Below, one piece after another: positions 20,084 to 33,782 of a DNA stretch of 64,000 nucleotides. Position numbers and translations under genes: made by a program. The stretch comes from a virus (lineage: Duplodnaviria; Caudoviricetes). Numbering within the stretch: the first letter of the stretch is position 1; each line of letters starts with the position of its first letter. The DNA is taken from IMG/VR virus record IMGVR_UViG_2901146262_000001, positions 32,001 through 96,000 of that record; one strand, written 5' to 3'. Below the pieces are notes generated by a model. It was not told the origin of the DNA and did not search any database. It saw only the letters and a program-made list of their open reading frames with translations.

Positions 20084-23000
20084 ATGAGATACAATCAAAA
20101 ATTAGCTACAATATGTGATTACTTGCAAGCAATTGATAAGAACGGTTTCTATCATGAATTATTAGACGAGTATTCCAATGGTGAAATAAGTTTAACCGAT
20201 GCATTAGAGGAATGTAAACAGTCATTAGAATCATTAAAGCATGAAACAGATGTTACAGACGCAAGAACAATACAATCATTTATAAACTATATTAACTACT
20301 AAGCAATTACATAATTATAAAAGGAGACAATACAATATGAATATAGAACAATTTAAACTAGATTTAATAGATGAGGGCTACCAACTAACAAATAATATAC
20401 ATGAAGGCATATGGATACTGACGGACGGTAGTATGATTGACGGTGTATACGACATGGGAAAGCGTTCCGAGGAACACAGAATGATGGAATCATTCACCGA
20501 TATAGACAGGTATGACGATTCATTCTGGGACGTTGTAGTAAAGGAATATAGTCTTGTCATGATCATTCCAGAGACTCAATGCATTCTAGTTAAGCCGTGG
20601 CAGACAGTCACACAGGAACAACAATCAATAATGGATCAATTAGGTTATGAAGTAGAACAATACTAATATTTTTTAATTAAAATTAAGTAACAATATAACG
20701 AATAAAGCACTTGCATTTACCATTAAGTAATGTTATAATATAATTATAGCAAGGTTAGGAAATACAAAATAAATCAACTCAAAGGAGAAAATATAATGAA
20801 AACTTTACTCGGTGTATCACTATTAATTAAAGTATTGATTGTCCCAACGTTTGCAGGCGACATTGCAGCTAATGAAGTGTTGAATTGTGAGGTTGTTCCA
20901 CTATCAGAATACGGATTCGAGCAACAATCAGAATATCATGAGTATGTTTGCAAGAATCCAAGAAATGACGCTGATTTTACAATTATCTATGATGTATCTG
21001 ACGAATACAAGTTAGGCGATAATCTTACAGTAGGACTTAATAAGCATAATGAAGTAATTTCAATGGACAAACAATAGTAACTAAAATTAAAAGGAGAATG
21101 ATAAAAATGAGTTACCCAAAAGCATATCAACCAGAACGAGGGTATAAGTATCAAATATTAGTCAAAACGCCTTACGATAGAGCATACGAGCATTGCGACT
21201 ATGCAGCGGACAGGAAGGAATTTAAGCATTTAACAAATGAATACAAATTAGCATATGGTGCAGGATATGAATTTAAGCCTATATTACTTCCACAAAAATA
21301 TTGGAAATAAACTATATTAAAAAGGAGATAAATAAAATGATAATACAAGCTAACGAACAAATGGCAAAGGAAATTAAAGTTGATACTCTAAAATTAAGAT
21401 CGCATATGTTAGACATGGCATATGATGGAAAAGAGGGCTTGCCACAATGGAACGGCATAAAATCTGGCAGCTACCTTAACAGAAAAACATCAAAGGAGTA
21501 CGTTATCAATAAATTAAATAATCTAATTGACCATAAAGCAATTAATATTACATTACAAGAACAATGCCGAAAAGCCGTAATAATAATAGATGAAAACATG
21601 AACGAATGGGAAATAATAGATAGGCTTATGAAGCATGGAATACATGGTTATTATTCCGGAAAAGTAATAATAGATTAATCAATTTTATTTACCTAAAATT
21701 AAGTAGCATTATACTATAAATAATGCTTGCAATTACATTAAGGTGATGTTATAATATAATTAACAGTTAAGAAGTAATAAAAAATAAATCAATTCAAAGG
21801 AGCAATAAACACTATGACAACAATAATACATCTATCTAAAAACATTCAAGAGTTACCCAAGCAAATAATAAATTGGGAAATAACACCCGAAGAGGTTAAG
21901 GAATTTATAATATCAAACGGCACAGATTATAGGGTTTTCTCAAGTCAGGAATTAATAATATATAACGGAATGAAAATGATAGCAAGTTGCACAATAGGTG
22001 GTATTGCAGACATGGAAGACGATACAAGGTTTGATATAGAGAATTGTTGGACAGAGCAAGGCAACATATGGATATAGCTTTAAACGCTCGCATAACAGAT
22101 TAAAAGGAGGAAATAGCATGAGGGGAATAATAGACAAGATACAATCATATGAATTAGTTGATTACGGAATAATAATAATGTTTATCATATCATTAATAAT
22201 ATTAAATATAACTTGTTACAATCTATAATTAAGTATCTTTATAGTAAAATAAATTATAAAACACTTGACTATTAACTCATATGAGTATATAATAAAGATA
22301 GTTAAAAAATACAAATTAATTGGAGGTTTTACATTATGAGAAAAATAGAGAATCTGACAGTAGCATTTAAAAAAGAATTGTCTAACATTGAACTAAAGGG
22401 AATTGAAATAATAATAAATGAGAATAAAGAAATCCCATCAACTGATAAATTGGGAATGGCGTACACATCATCAAGCAGCTATGGAATGTATAACGCATGT
22501 AACGAACAACAATACTATGATGGAATAATAATAAGCCATTTTGCAATAACGGAAAATAATATGCTAATTATGGCATGTCATGACAATAATGAAAACTACA
22601 CTTATTACGAAGTGGAAGACATATAAAAATACAAAATACATAGGGATTATTTACTCAATCCCTAACATACATAAAATAAAATTTAATTATAAGAGGTGAA
22701 AACACTATGAATAAAGAAATTAACTTCATTGATCCATATGAAAATAAAATCAGTCTAATTGTAAATAATGGAAGTGTAACATTTAAGGCGTTTGGTCGTG
22801 AAACTTTACACCCTGCATTTATGATTAATGATATTATTGAAGTATTGGAAAATGATTACAATTGTAAAATGTTAGCGAATATCGCATAAATAAAATTTTT
22901 TAACTACTATTAAGTATCATTATAGTATAATTGGAGGTTATTAAATGGTTATTGCAGAGGTGCGCCACGTATGGAAAAAAGACATTAACGGCAAGGCTTC

Positions 23001-26000
23001 ATTGTATAAAGAGGTGTTAGTCAATGGGAAATGGTATGAGTTAAATTGCGAGGGTAGAATAATATGATTAAACGGTTTTTAATTGGTCTGTCACTATCTG
23101 TAATTATGATAGCAGGAATCGCAACGGATAGCACAGTACGAACAAGTAATATAAGCGACACTATGAAGCAATTACAAAGCAAGTCATGCAGTAATTATAT
23201 TGTCAATAATGAACAGATTAAATGTTAATTAAATACAGGAGGTTTTGAAAATGAAATTTTATACAGTTATAGCTCATTTTGATTTATCAATGCATACTGA
23301 ATGGGAAGTTAAAAGCTTTACTAGGTTAGAGAATGCGAGCAAGTTTGGCAAGGAAATGAAACAGAAATTTTTAACAATGATCAATGGGAGCAAATTAGAT
23401 CAAATGGAAAGCCATGAGGACGATAGAGGGGAGCCACAATTCTATAACTTTTATGGTGTATGCGAATTAGGCGAAAACTTTGCAACGATTGAAATTAGCG
23501 AACAGGAATTTGCTGATTAATTTAAAACTATAATTTTATTAGAAAAAAAAGGGGTCGGAGTGTTATGGAAATAGAAAATGTGCTGAAAGTTGTTGACGAT
23601 ACTATTGAGCAAATGAATAAAAATGCAATGGATTGCTTACAAGAAAGAGATAGAAAGAATGCTAAAAAATATATGCAATATGCAGATGGGATAAGAATGG
23701 TTAAAGATAATATCGAATTTAATTTTAGCAATTAATTAAATAAAAGTCACAATTTATTAAAAAATTAAATTAAAAGGAGAATGTAAAATGGAAAAAGTAA
23801 AAGTATCTATTTTAGGAGAAATTGAAAATGATGAAAAATTATATAGTGTGGCAATATTCCCTGTAGGAACAGAGATAGCTTCATACACTGAATTTGGTTT
23901 CCCTAGTCGTGAAGACGCTGAATTTCATGTTAGCGAAATGATGGATATTGAAATTATTGAAACGGAAATTACAGAAGAATTTTAAGATAAAAACAACAAT
24001 TTAAAAGGAGAATGATTATAAATGGAATACAATAGACAATCAACAATTGACTGGTTAGAAAATAATCAAATTAATGGAGCATTTGAAGGATTTCCAGAAA
24101 ACAACTTAAATTTTAATGAGTTAAGCAATGAAGTATTAGAGTTTTACTTTTATGAATCAGTGTTACCAGAACGGTTAGAACAAGAAGAACAAGAAGGATA
24201 AAGCAAAGGAGAATGATCCACAATGAAAAAGGATAACAAAAAAACAATGTCAGAACTATTATCAGAGTATAAGCATGGAAGTGATCAATATGAAACACGT
24301 TGCAACAAATGCTTATCGTACTTTGAAAGTGATGACGAATTAGAACTATTTTATGAAGACGCAAACGACTTAGAAACAGGATTTAAAGGTTGTCCAGAAT
24401 GCGAGACAGATAACTATTTAATGGACTTGAATTAAAAAAACTACATTTCAACTTAAAAATTAGGAGGAATAAAAATGAATACAATTCTTATAGATTTTAG
24501 CAACTTAGAAAACGAGGTAAAGCAAAAGGAAGTTGAATTATTACATGGTGAAAATTTATCTATGTTCATTAAGGATAAGTCTAATAACATATATGAAGCA
24601 GAAAAATATTTTGTAGGAAGTTATTTAGATGGGTTGCAATCAAACAAAGCAAAGGTAAGCTTTCATAAAATTTTGAGTAAGAATATAGAAGCAGTGGAAA
24701 ACCTTAGAATGAAAAAACTAATCGGATAAAATCAATATTATATTAGGAGGAATTGGAATGATTATGGCACAATCGCAATTAACAAATTTGGTAGACAGCT
24801 TAAAGTATGGACATGGAAATATAATTAGTAAAAATGAAAACTATGCAATAACAAAACCTTTAAATACATGGGATACCAACTACAGACTTTACGACAAAAA
24901 GGAAGGATTAACCTATCTTATTGATTGTGAGGACGTACAGGAAAACGAGGAACACTTAAATGAATATGGAGGTATCTTATTTCAAAGTCTTATAAACCTA
25001 GAAATTGAAGAAATTAAAAGCATATCATGGAAAACTGAAAAAGATAATTTTTATTAAACGACAAATAGGAGGAATGTAAAATGATAGCAATTAAATGTAC
25101 ATATTCAAATGGTGATACATCTACAACAGACATAAACGGCACACTAGAAAGCGCAAAGGACTACTTTTTAAATCAGTGGTTTAACTTTGGGGACACGGAA
25201 GAAAAGCCACACGATGATATGCAGCAATGTATAAAAGTTGAATTAATATAAAATTATTATTGGGAGGTTACGACATGAATATTAATTATAATGGTCTATC
25301 AGATAATGAGCAGGAAGTAATTGCAGCCACAATCAAGAATGGTTTTATGCATGGAATGATTGAAAATTTACATTGGAAAATAGGCTTTGAAACGCATGAC
25401 TGGGATAGTCAAGACGATAATTTACAGCACATTGCACACTTAATTAAAGAACATGATTGCACAAGCGGTGTTTATCCATCATGGAAATTAAAGTTTGAAA
25501 GAGTATAAACAATATAATAATGGAGGTTGTCAAAATGAAAGCAAATGCTTATGTAAAAATTGAGGAATCACCATCAAGTGGATATATTTCCATCAATGAG
25601 ATTATATTAGAAAATTATATTGATGAATCTTATAGGGAAAATATAGAAAGCGCAAAAGAATTTGATTTTAGAAATAAAGTAGAAACTTTGGAAGGTCATA
25701 AACTAAAGTATTTCTTCATGACAGTTGAATTTGACGGACGTAAAAAAAGTATTGCAGAAAATGACATTAAGCAATCATTAGAAAAGCAAGGGTTAGTCAC
25801 AAAGGTTGGCAGTAGCATGTTTGGCGGTTATTATCTACCAACAGAATATTTGCAAACAACTTTAAAAGAACAACTTAACAAAAGAAAAGAATTAATTAGC
25901 CAGGGGAAATATGAATTAATTGCATAAATTCATTGTTTTATTCAGAGGACAACAATAAATTATATGGAGGTTGTTAAAATGAATTGGGTAAAAAATAGCA

Positions 26001-29000
26001 ATTTTAAAGATTCTATAATAGAAAGAAGAAGCAAACAAAAATATTACGATATTAAAGTGATATACATGGACAGTACAACATATACAGGTATTTGGGCAAA
26101 CAATCCAGAAGAAGCAAAAAGCAAGGCTTATTATAAGTTTTTAGATGAAGATATAAGGAAAATAGAAATTCAATAAAACCGTTCTTATATTGAAAAATAA
26201 TTGGAGGTAATGAAAATGAGTTATGAGTATATTGTGTCTTTTAACACTGATTTCGGAGAAGTTAGGGCAGTTATCGAGAATGATGAACCTATAGAAGATG
26301 ATAACACGTTGTACATGATTGCTTTAAATAAGATAAAAGAAAGTAGCGTTATGCAGATTACAGGCGAGTTAGACGAGTCGGACATTATGGAAATATAACA
26401 AGTTAAAACCATTACTTTATTAAAAAATTGGAGGAATTAAAATGATTGAATTAAATGAAAGAGTTGAGATTACACAGGGATATAGAACTGGTGATTTAGC
26501 AATGGTTATCTATGTTGACAATGACAATAATTTATGCAAAGTGGAATTTGATGATTATGAGTTTTATGGTTACGATATAAGCGATATTAGAAGTGTTTAC
26601 GCTTAATTCAATAAAACAAATATTTTAAGGGGTGGTTTGAATGAATGAAAAAGCAATGAGTTGGATTATTGAATTATTAGAGAGCGGTGAAGTTGAAAAA
26701 GCAAAAACTGTATTAAAAGATACTAAACACAGTATAGAAACAAAAAGAAGCAATGCAAAAAGTGGAAGAATATACATTTAAGTTGAAATTAATCAATTAT
26801 GGGGGTATGGCACTATGAATTTATTAACCAATGATCACATTAACTTATTAAAAAGTAATTTTGTATTAAGGAGTAAGTTTAATGTAAACGAATTTAGCTT
26901 TGACTGCCTAGAGGGTGAATGGCTAGTTACTAAAAATAACAACCATATTGACGTATTTACTTTTAGACTTATGGAAAATGAAGAGTTTGAACAGACAATA
27001 AATGATATATTCTATAATACTGAAAAGGTAACATTTCAATAAAATCAATCATTTAGGGGTGGTATAAGATGGATCAACTAATAAAGGGTAGCAATAGTTA
27101 TAATTTTCTTAAATACATGCTTGATATAGCAAATGATTTAAAAAAGGAAGGGTATATAATAACAAGTGATATGACTATTAACGATGTAAGGGAGATTTAT
27201 TTCAGTCAAGAGAGGGCAGAACAATTTAAAAATAATCTTTAAGGGGTGATACAATATGTTTAAATTTATGAACACCAAAGAAAGATGCTTAGATTGTGGG
27301 GAAAAATTAAAAAATGAAACTCATATAATAAAAAATAAAGATGGACAGCATTTTTGTTCTAATTGGTGTAAAGACAATTGGAAAATGGATATTGAATAAA
27401 ATTAATCATTTAAAGAGGTGCAATGATATGGAATGCAAAGTTTGCGGACACAAGCATAATATAATAAGCTATGATCATTATGAGGTATCCCATGCAAATA
27501 CAGAAGAATTTATTCACATTCAAGGACATTTTACAATTGATTGGGGCAATGGATATAACAATTCACAAAGAGAAGTTTCTTTATATGCTTGTCCAGAATG
27601 TAATACTGTACAGATGGAAGTTTAAAACAATATTATAATGATGTGTAAACGATATGAAACAATTTACAAACATTCCTTGTGACTTATATATCCATAAGGA
27701 CGAATTGCCAAAGATGGAACAAGGAGAACAAGGAACAGGCTACAAAGAAGTGACCAACAATGAACAGTATATACTTTATAGTAAACATGCTTTCCTGCAA
27801 ATAACAGAAAATGAAATAATAGATAAAAACAGTTATAAAGTATTATTCATAATGGAATAAAATCAGTCTTTAAATGGAGGTAATTACAATGGATAAATTG
27901 AATAGCTTTATTGAAAACAGATTAAAAGATGCGGAATCATACACAGAAAAAGCGGACTGTTTAGAGATAATAGAAATTACGTTGCAAAGTGTAAATAAGT
28001 TGAATGACAGTATTAAGCAACAGCTAGGCAAGCACTGGGAGCATATCAATAATGCAGAACATTTTAGATTACATGAATAGTGGCCGTGATTAATTATAAT
28101 CAAAAAAATTTAACCATAATTAGGTGACTATATAATACATTAGTATAAAATAGTAGGTTTTTTATTTCCTACTTTAAGGGTTGAAGCACCATTCAATTTT
28201 TAAACTAGAAAATAAAATAAATCAATGTATAAAAAGGGGTTGGAGAAATGGGAAACATCATTCTAGTGCCCATATAAGCAAGGCATGCAGGCTTTAATGT
28301 GATATTGATACTAGCATACAATAGTAGTTATAAAACCGTCAAAGTCGCTTATATCAAACAGTACAAATACAGTCTAAAATTAGCAAAAAATAAATTTAAA
28401 ATAAGCAACTTTGAAATGATTACTATAGAATTGAACAAATTCATATAACAGCACTACTCAAATATCGCTGCCATTTTCAACAAGCGCGGCGGGCGCGGGC
28501 GGCGGCAGAAAATAAAAATATAATATAAAAAGGGGAAATTTAAAATGGAAAATGTATATTACTTTTATAACGGAACGGACAAACCTTGCGAGGTAGAATT
28601 AGACGAAATAATAATACAGGATAGTCTCATGGGGGATATGTTGGAGAGTTTCTGGGAAGATCACTCAGACTATGAGACAGACAAGGATAGTAGATACAAT
28701 GACGCTATGGGCATTACTTATGGAGTTTTGAGGAATCCAACGTTACAAGATTTTCAAGACATCAATGGCTATCACGGATTATCTCAAGAGGATTATTTAG
28801 AAGACTTTTTAATATATAGTTTTGCATAAATGAAATCCATATAACAGAATCTGTATATTATCGCTGTCATTTTTGTAATAAAAATATTTAATTTAAATTG
28901 AATAGAGGTGTTCATTATGAGGAAAAGTCCACCATTAGGAATCAGAAAAAGAGCAGGAGCCAATTATAAACATGGCGGTTGTTTAATGTATGTGGTAGCA

Positions 29001-29469
29001 GGAATTAGTGTAGTTATTATTGGAATTGCAACTATGATTTAATGGAATAGTTACTTTATAGGAGGGTAAACATTATGGAGGAATATAAATGTGAGTCTTG
29101 TGGGGAATTTGTCAGAGAGGATTTTGGAGTTACCGCACTTAACGGTGAGTGGGTTTGCGATAATGATAAATGCAGAACATTAGACAATAATAATGACTCT
29201 ACGAATAATCTAGAAACAGTGTGGAACCAGTTAGATAATGCCGGAAGAGCACAATGCAGCAACAGACAGTAGGGCAAATCATGAAGGAGATTCGCAACGG
29301 TAAAGTATTTAGGAATGGATTAATGAAAATCAAGCTATATGACAAGGATAAAGACACATTCCAAGTAGACAGTTACTTTAATGGTATGGATCTCAGGGAG
29401 GTGCTGTCCGTTGTAACAATAAGAAGAATTATAAAGGACAATATTAAACAATATTATATGGAGGGGTGA
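20084..29469 (+). other. Array of about 35 small co-oriented hypothetical genes (early/host-takeover-like region)
   Basis: 40-135 aa ORFs each with a strong RBS; several sigmaA promoters; includes ORFs under 60 aa such as 25081-25251. Confidence 0.8.
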
Positions 29470-29869
29470 AAATGAATATAATAATAGATAACACTATATG
29501 TACAGTGCAGTATAATAAAGTATATTGTAGCTATTCCGATTATATTAAGGTTCATAACAGATCTAAGGAGTTATTTAAAATGTGGTGTAATAAAAATGGC
29601 ATTAATCCAATCTGATAAAACAATCCTTTTAATTCATATAACAGCAAGGGTGAAATATCGCTGGAACTTATGCAATATTAAAAATAGGGAGGTAGCATTA
29701 TGAAGAATGTGAGGAGGTTTTTTAGATCTAAAACATTATGGGTAGCTGTTATTATTTTAATTATAGTAATATTTTCTTATGGTGAGGGTCGGTAATTCGA
29801 AGAGTAGATTATTTTTTTGGATATAATTAGGTGACATTATAATAAAAAGAGAAAAAGGGGATATTAAAA

Positions 29870-30172
29870 ATGAATAACTTATTAGCTAAAAAGGAACTAA
29901 CAGCCGAGCAATTGTCAATGGTGCAATCTGAAGCAGGAAGAAAAGAGAAGTCAAAAGGTGTAGCGTATGCGCTTTGGTTTTTCTTTGGTGGGATTGGCGG
30001 TCATAGATATTATGCAGGAAATATCGGCTATGCAATCGGAATGACATTGACAGTCGGTGGTCTGGGTTTATGGACATTAATTGATGTGTTTCTAATCGGC
30101 AAAGCTATCGAAAAGAAGAACGAGGAAATCGAATTCGAAGCAATCCAGCAAGTAAAATCATTGGCTAAGTAA
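29870..30172 (+). CDS. TM2-domain membrane protein
   Basis: KSKGVAYALWFFFGGIGGHRYY...GLWTLIDVFLI. Confidence 0.88.
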   Translation: MNNLLAKKELTAEQLSMVQSEAGRKEKSKGVAYALWFFFGGIGGHRYYAGNIGYAIGMTLTVGGLGLWTLIDVFLIGKAIEKKNEEIEFEAIQQVKSLAK

Positions 30173-30442
30173 TATAAGAGTTTAAAGTGGCTGATACGTT
30201 GTATCGGTCACTTATACATAAATAAACAAGGAGGTTGTCTAATGCGGTTGGTACACATAATAAACCATTACTTATTTGACACAGACACAATTAAATGGTC
30301 AGATGCGTTATTCTATTATGGAATAATAATAATAATGATTATCGTTTTAATTTGTACATTTACAGTTGGATAATTAAATTAAAATTATCCTTGACTAATC
30401 ACTCAATCGGGTATATACTTAATTGAGTTAATACTAACGAGG

Positions 30443-30646
30443 ATGATCGAAATGTTGAAGTTAAGACTAAAGAGTTATTTAGAAAAAAATGATATTACAC
30501 CTTACCAATTGGCCAAAATGACAAAAATTAGAATGGCTACAATTTATGGATATGTAACAGAAGAAAGAAGAAGTATCAATTTAGACAATCTGGAAAAAAT
30601 CATGAAAGCATTAGAGATTGAGGATATTAATATTCTGATTAAATAA
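30443..30646 (+). CDS. XRE/Cro-type HTH regulator
   Basis: ITPYQLAKMTKIRMATIYGY...LDNLEKIMKAL. Confidence 0.85.
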   Translation: MIEMLKLRLKSYLEKNDITPYQLAKMTKIRMATIYGYVTEERRSINLDNLEKIMKALEIEDINILIK

Positions 30647-30659
30647 AGAGGGTGAAAAC

Positions 30660-32480
30660 ATGTTGGTTAAAGATCATGATAAAAGTAAGGCAATAATAGA
30701 AACTGATTATAATTACGAATTATATAGAGAGATTAAACAAGTGCCAGAATCAAATTATAATATGGAACTAGATGCATGGGTATTAGATAAGAAGTATATT
30801 AATGCATTATTAAACAATCTAAAAAACATGAATTTATCTGTCAAGAATACCGTTGACCACACAAGACAAATCGGCTATTGCAAAGAAGTATTAAGTGAGA
30901 CAGTAAAAACGATTAAGCTGTCCGTGGTAAAGGAAAATAAAAAGACTATTGTCGTTAATTTTGACTTTGATTATGGGGTGCTTAACACAATTAAAATGAT
31001 TGAGGGTAGCAACAGACGATTCAATGGCAAGGATAAGTCGTGGGCAATCAGTAAAGACGAATTACAATGGCTGCACACTAAGCTAGATGAATTGAAATAC
31101 GTTGACACAAGCGACTTAAATCAATTTATTTCATGTAACAGCCAACCCGAAATATCGCTGGGAGATTTCCCAAAAATGGATCGAACACCTTTTGACTTTC
31201 AAATTGATGTAGCAAATCAAATGTTGAAGGAGAAGAAAATTATTAATGGACTTGAAGCAGGCTTAGGGAAAACAACAATTACAGTAATGGTTACAGAAAA
31301 GATTCAGTCGAAGACGGTAGTCATCTGTCCGGCATCGGTAAAACGTAACTGGGAGAAGGAAATCCGTATTGTTAATCCAGATGCAGATGTGGCTATTTTA
31401 AACGGCAAGGATGAATACAAGACAGCTCAATATCTGATTTTGAATTATGATATTTTGGATCGTTTCTATATGGATATTAAGAATGATAATTTTGAGACTC
31501 TTATCTTTGATGAAGCACACAAGCTAAGAGGTATTACAGGTAAAGGAACGCCATCATCGAAAAGAGCAAAATTTGGAATGGCATTGACTGAAAATATGGA
31601 GTATGTATTTCCGTTAACAGCAACACCATTTATCAATCAGACTAAAGATATTTTTAACCTATTAAGTATTATTGATAACTCTATGGCTAATAATTGGTAT
31701 GCTTTTGCAAACACTTATTGTGGAGCAGAGAATAACGGCTTTGGAACAAGTTATAACGGGTCTAGTAACCAGTCCAACCTATTTGAAAGGCTTTATCCTC
31801 ATGGTATGATTAGACTGCGTACAGAGGATCATATCGACTTGCCAGAACGTATCAGAAATTTTATCCCATTAGACATTAACTTAAAGCAGTATGAAGCTAA
31901 AATCCAGAAGTATATGGATGAAAGAGATAGTTACGAGGACAATGGACAGCACCTAGTGATGTTCGGAGCAGCGAGAAGACTATTGGCCAAAGAGAAGGCA
32001 AAGCACGCTGTGACTATGGTAAAAGACTTGCTAGAGCAGAATAAATCAGTCGTAGTGTTAAGTAACTATACAGATGTGGTAGAAAGTATCGCAAACAAGT
32101 TTAAAGAAGACGCTGTTATTATCGATGGTAGCAAAACGGATAAGCAAAGACAGGATTCGGTGGACTTGTTTCAAGATGGAATTAAAAAGGTATTGGTAGG
32201 TAATATTGATGCTGCAGGTGAAGGTATTACATTAACCAAGTCGCAACACATGATTGTTGTTGACATGCACTGGAGTCCAGTTTTCATGAAGGAACAAATG
32301 GAAAAACGTATTCACAGAATTAGTCAAACCGAACCTGCTAACATTCATTATTTATATGCAGTGGGTGCGAAAATTGACGAAAGAATGGTCGAAATGGCAG
32401 AGAAGAAAATGAACGATGCAAGTATGATCCTAGATGGCGCAAAGGAGTCCTTTGTAGACGAATTGATTAAAAGTTTGTAA
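30660..32480 (+). CDS. SNF2-family helicase/translocase (HARP-like N-terminus)
   Basis: GLGKT, ICPAS, DEAH, TATP, GEGITLT, RIHRISQ motifs. Confidence 0.9.
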   Translation: MLVKDHDKSKAIIETDYNYELYREIKQVPESNYNMELDAWVLDKKYINALLNNLKNMNLSVKNTVDHTRQIGYCKEVLSETVKTIKLSVVKENKKTIVVNFDFDYGVLNTIKMIEGSNRRFNGKDKSWAISKDELQWLHTKLDELKYVDTSDLNQFISCNSQPEISLGDFPKMDRTPFDFQIDVANQMLKEKKIINGLEAGLGKTTITVMVTEKIQSKTVVICPASVKRNWEKEIRIVNPDADVAILNGKDEYKTAQYLILNYDILDRFYMDIKNDNFETLIFDEAHKLRGITGKGTPSSKRAKFGMALTENMEYVFPLTATPFINQTKDIFNLLSIIDNSMANNWYAFANTYCGAENNGFGTSYNGSSNQSNLFERLYPHGMIRLRTEDHIDLPERIRNFIPLDINLKQYEAKIQKYMDERDSYEDNGQHLVMFGAARRLLAKEKAKHAVTMVKDLLEQNKSVVVLSNYTDVVESIANKFKEDAVIIDGSKTDKQRQDSVDLFQDGIKKVLVGNIDAAGEGITLTKSQHMIVVDMHWSPVFMKEQMEKRIHRISQTEPANIHYLYAVGAKIDERMVEMAEKKMNDASMILDGAKESFVDELIKSL

Positions 32481-32521
32481 AATGGTGATAATACGTATAA
32501 CAGGAAGGTGGAAATATCGCT

Positions 32522-33562
32522 GTGAATTCTAGGGAAATTGAAAAAATGTTCAATAAGGAGTCTATGGAAAAGAAGAAAATAGGCTCCAATGTTCATAGGA
32601 TGACTGGTAAGGGCAAACGGGGTGGAATTAAGGGAGGGATAAGGTTTGCCAAAAACAATTTTAAAAGGTATGAAAAGAATTCAAAGGTAACTACTGAAAA
32701 CATTTTTGATAATGTTATTCCTTTCAAAGAATTTAAGACGTATGAAGAAGATCACCAACAGTTATTCTTATACGAATGGAGAAGAAGATACTCAAACTCA
32801 TACATACAGAAAGAGATGCAGCTATCTATAAACAAATATAATAAACTAATCGAAGAACTTGATATAGAAGATATAGAAAGGGATGAAATTTATATGTTAA
32901 GTAGCGAAGAAATGGATGAGGCTAAACAATACGTCATACCTTACCATGAATTCAAAGAGCTACCGGACTATCAAAAATTTGAGCTGATTGATCATTATAT
33001 GAAAGAGCTTAAATTAAAAACGAGAGACATTGTAGAAAAATGGAATAATAAGGTATCGCAAGGTACACTTAGTACCCAAAAAAGTAATTGGAAGAAGTCA
33101 TATGAAGAATGGCTATCTAGAGGAGGTAACAACATGAAAGAGAGTAGATATACCAAAGAGGATGATCAGAATCTTCAGTATTTATTAGGTGGGATTAAGG
33201 AAGATCCTACTGTGTCGGATACAACAAGCGCTGACACAGCGGAAGATACAGAAGAAATTAAGCAAGATAGACGTAATGAAAAACATACAATCTCTGAAAG
33301 AGCAGAGTCGGAAAGTAGTTCATTCACGGTCAATGATGATTATGACGAGCATGTGACAGAATCATTTAAAGTGGAAATCAATGGAAATTATATTGGAACA
33401 AACTTAAAAAACAGAGTAAATAATTTAATGGATTTAATTGGCAATTTAAATAAATACGAAGTTCGTATAAATATAAAAGAAGTGGAAAACAGTGGTAATT
33501 CAACAGAAACAGAGATTTTAGAATCAATTGCAAATTTGTTAAAAACATATAATAAGCAATAA
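32522..33562 (+). CDS. Hypothetical protein with duplicated helical repeat
   Basis: 346 aa; VIPFKEFK / VIPYHEFK internal repeat. Confidence 0.7.
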   Translation: MNSREIEKMFNKESMEKKKIGSNVHRMTGKGKRGGIKGGIRFAKNNFKRYEKNSKVTTENIFDNVIPFKEFKTYEEDHQQLFLYEWRRRYSNSYIQKEMQLSINKYNKLIEELDIEDIERDEIYMLSSEEMDEAKQYVIPYHEFKELPDYQKFELIDHYMKELKLKTRDIVEKWNNKVSQGTLSTQKSNWKKSYEEWLSRGGNNMKESRYTKEDDQNLQYLLGGIKEDPTVSDTTSADTAEDTEEIKQDRRNEKHTISERAESESSSFTVNDDYDEHVTESFKVEINGNYIGTNLKNRVNNLMDLIGNLNKYEVRINIKEVENSGNSTETEILESIANLLKTYNKQ

Positions 33563-33716
33563 TACCCACTTATGCCAGAATGTGTCGATTATTGTCTTGA
33601 CAGTGTTGTTAGGTAGCATTATAATAAAGTTATCTTATCAACTGGTACTTTTATACCATTCTTATGATCGGAAAAGAGTTCGCTTGGCTACAGCAATATT
33701 CTTATAACCTTAAAAG

Positions 33717-33751
33717 GAACACTTGTTCTATTTGTGAGAATGGTGTATAAT
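33717..33751 (+). promoter_or_regulatory. LexA (Cheo) box overlapping a promoter -35
   Basis: GAAC-ACTT-GTTC at 33717-33728; TTGTTC-N17-TATAAT. Confidence 0.65.
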
Positions 33752-33782
33752 ATTACCAAACATTAGAAGGGGAGAGATCAAC

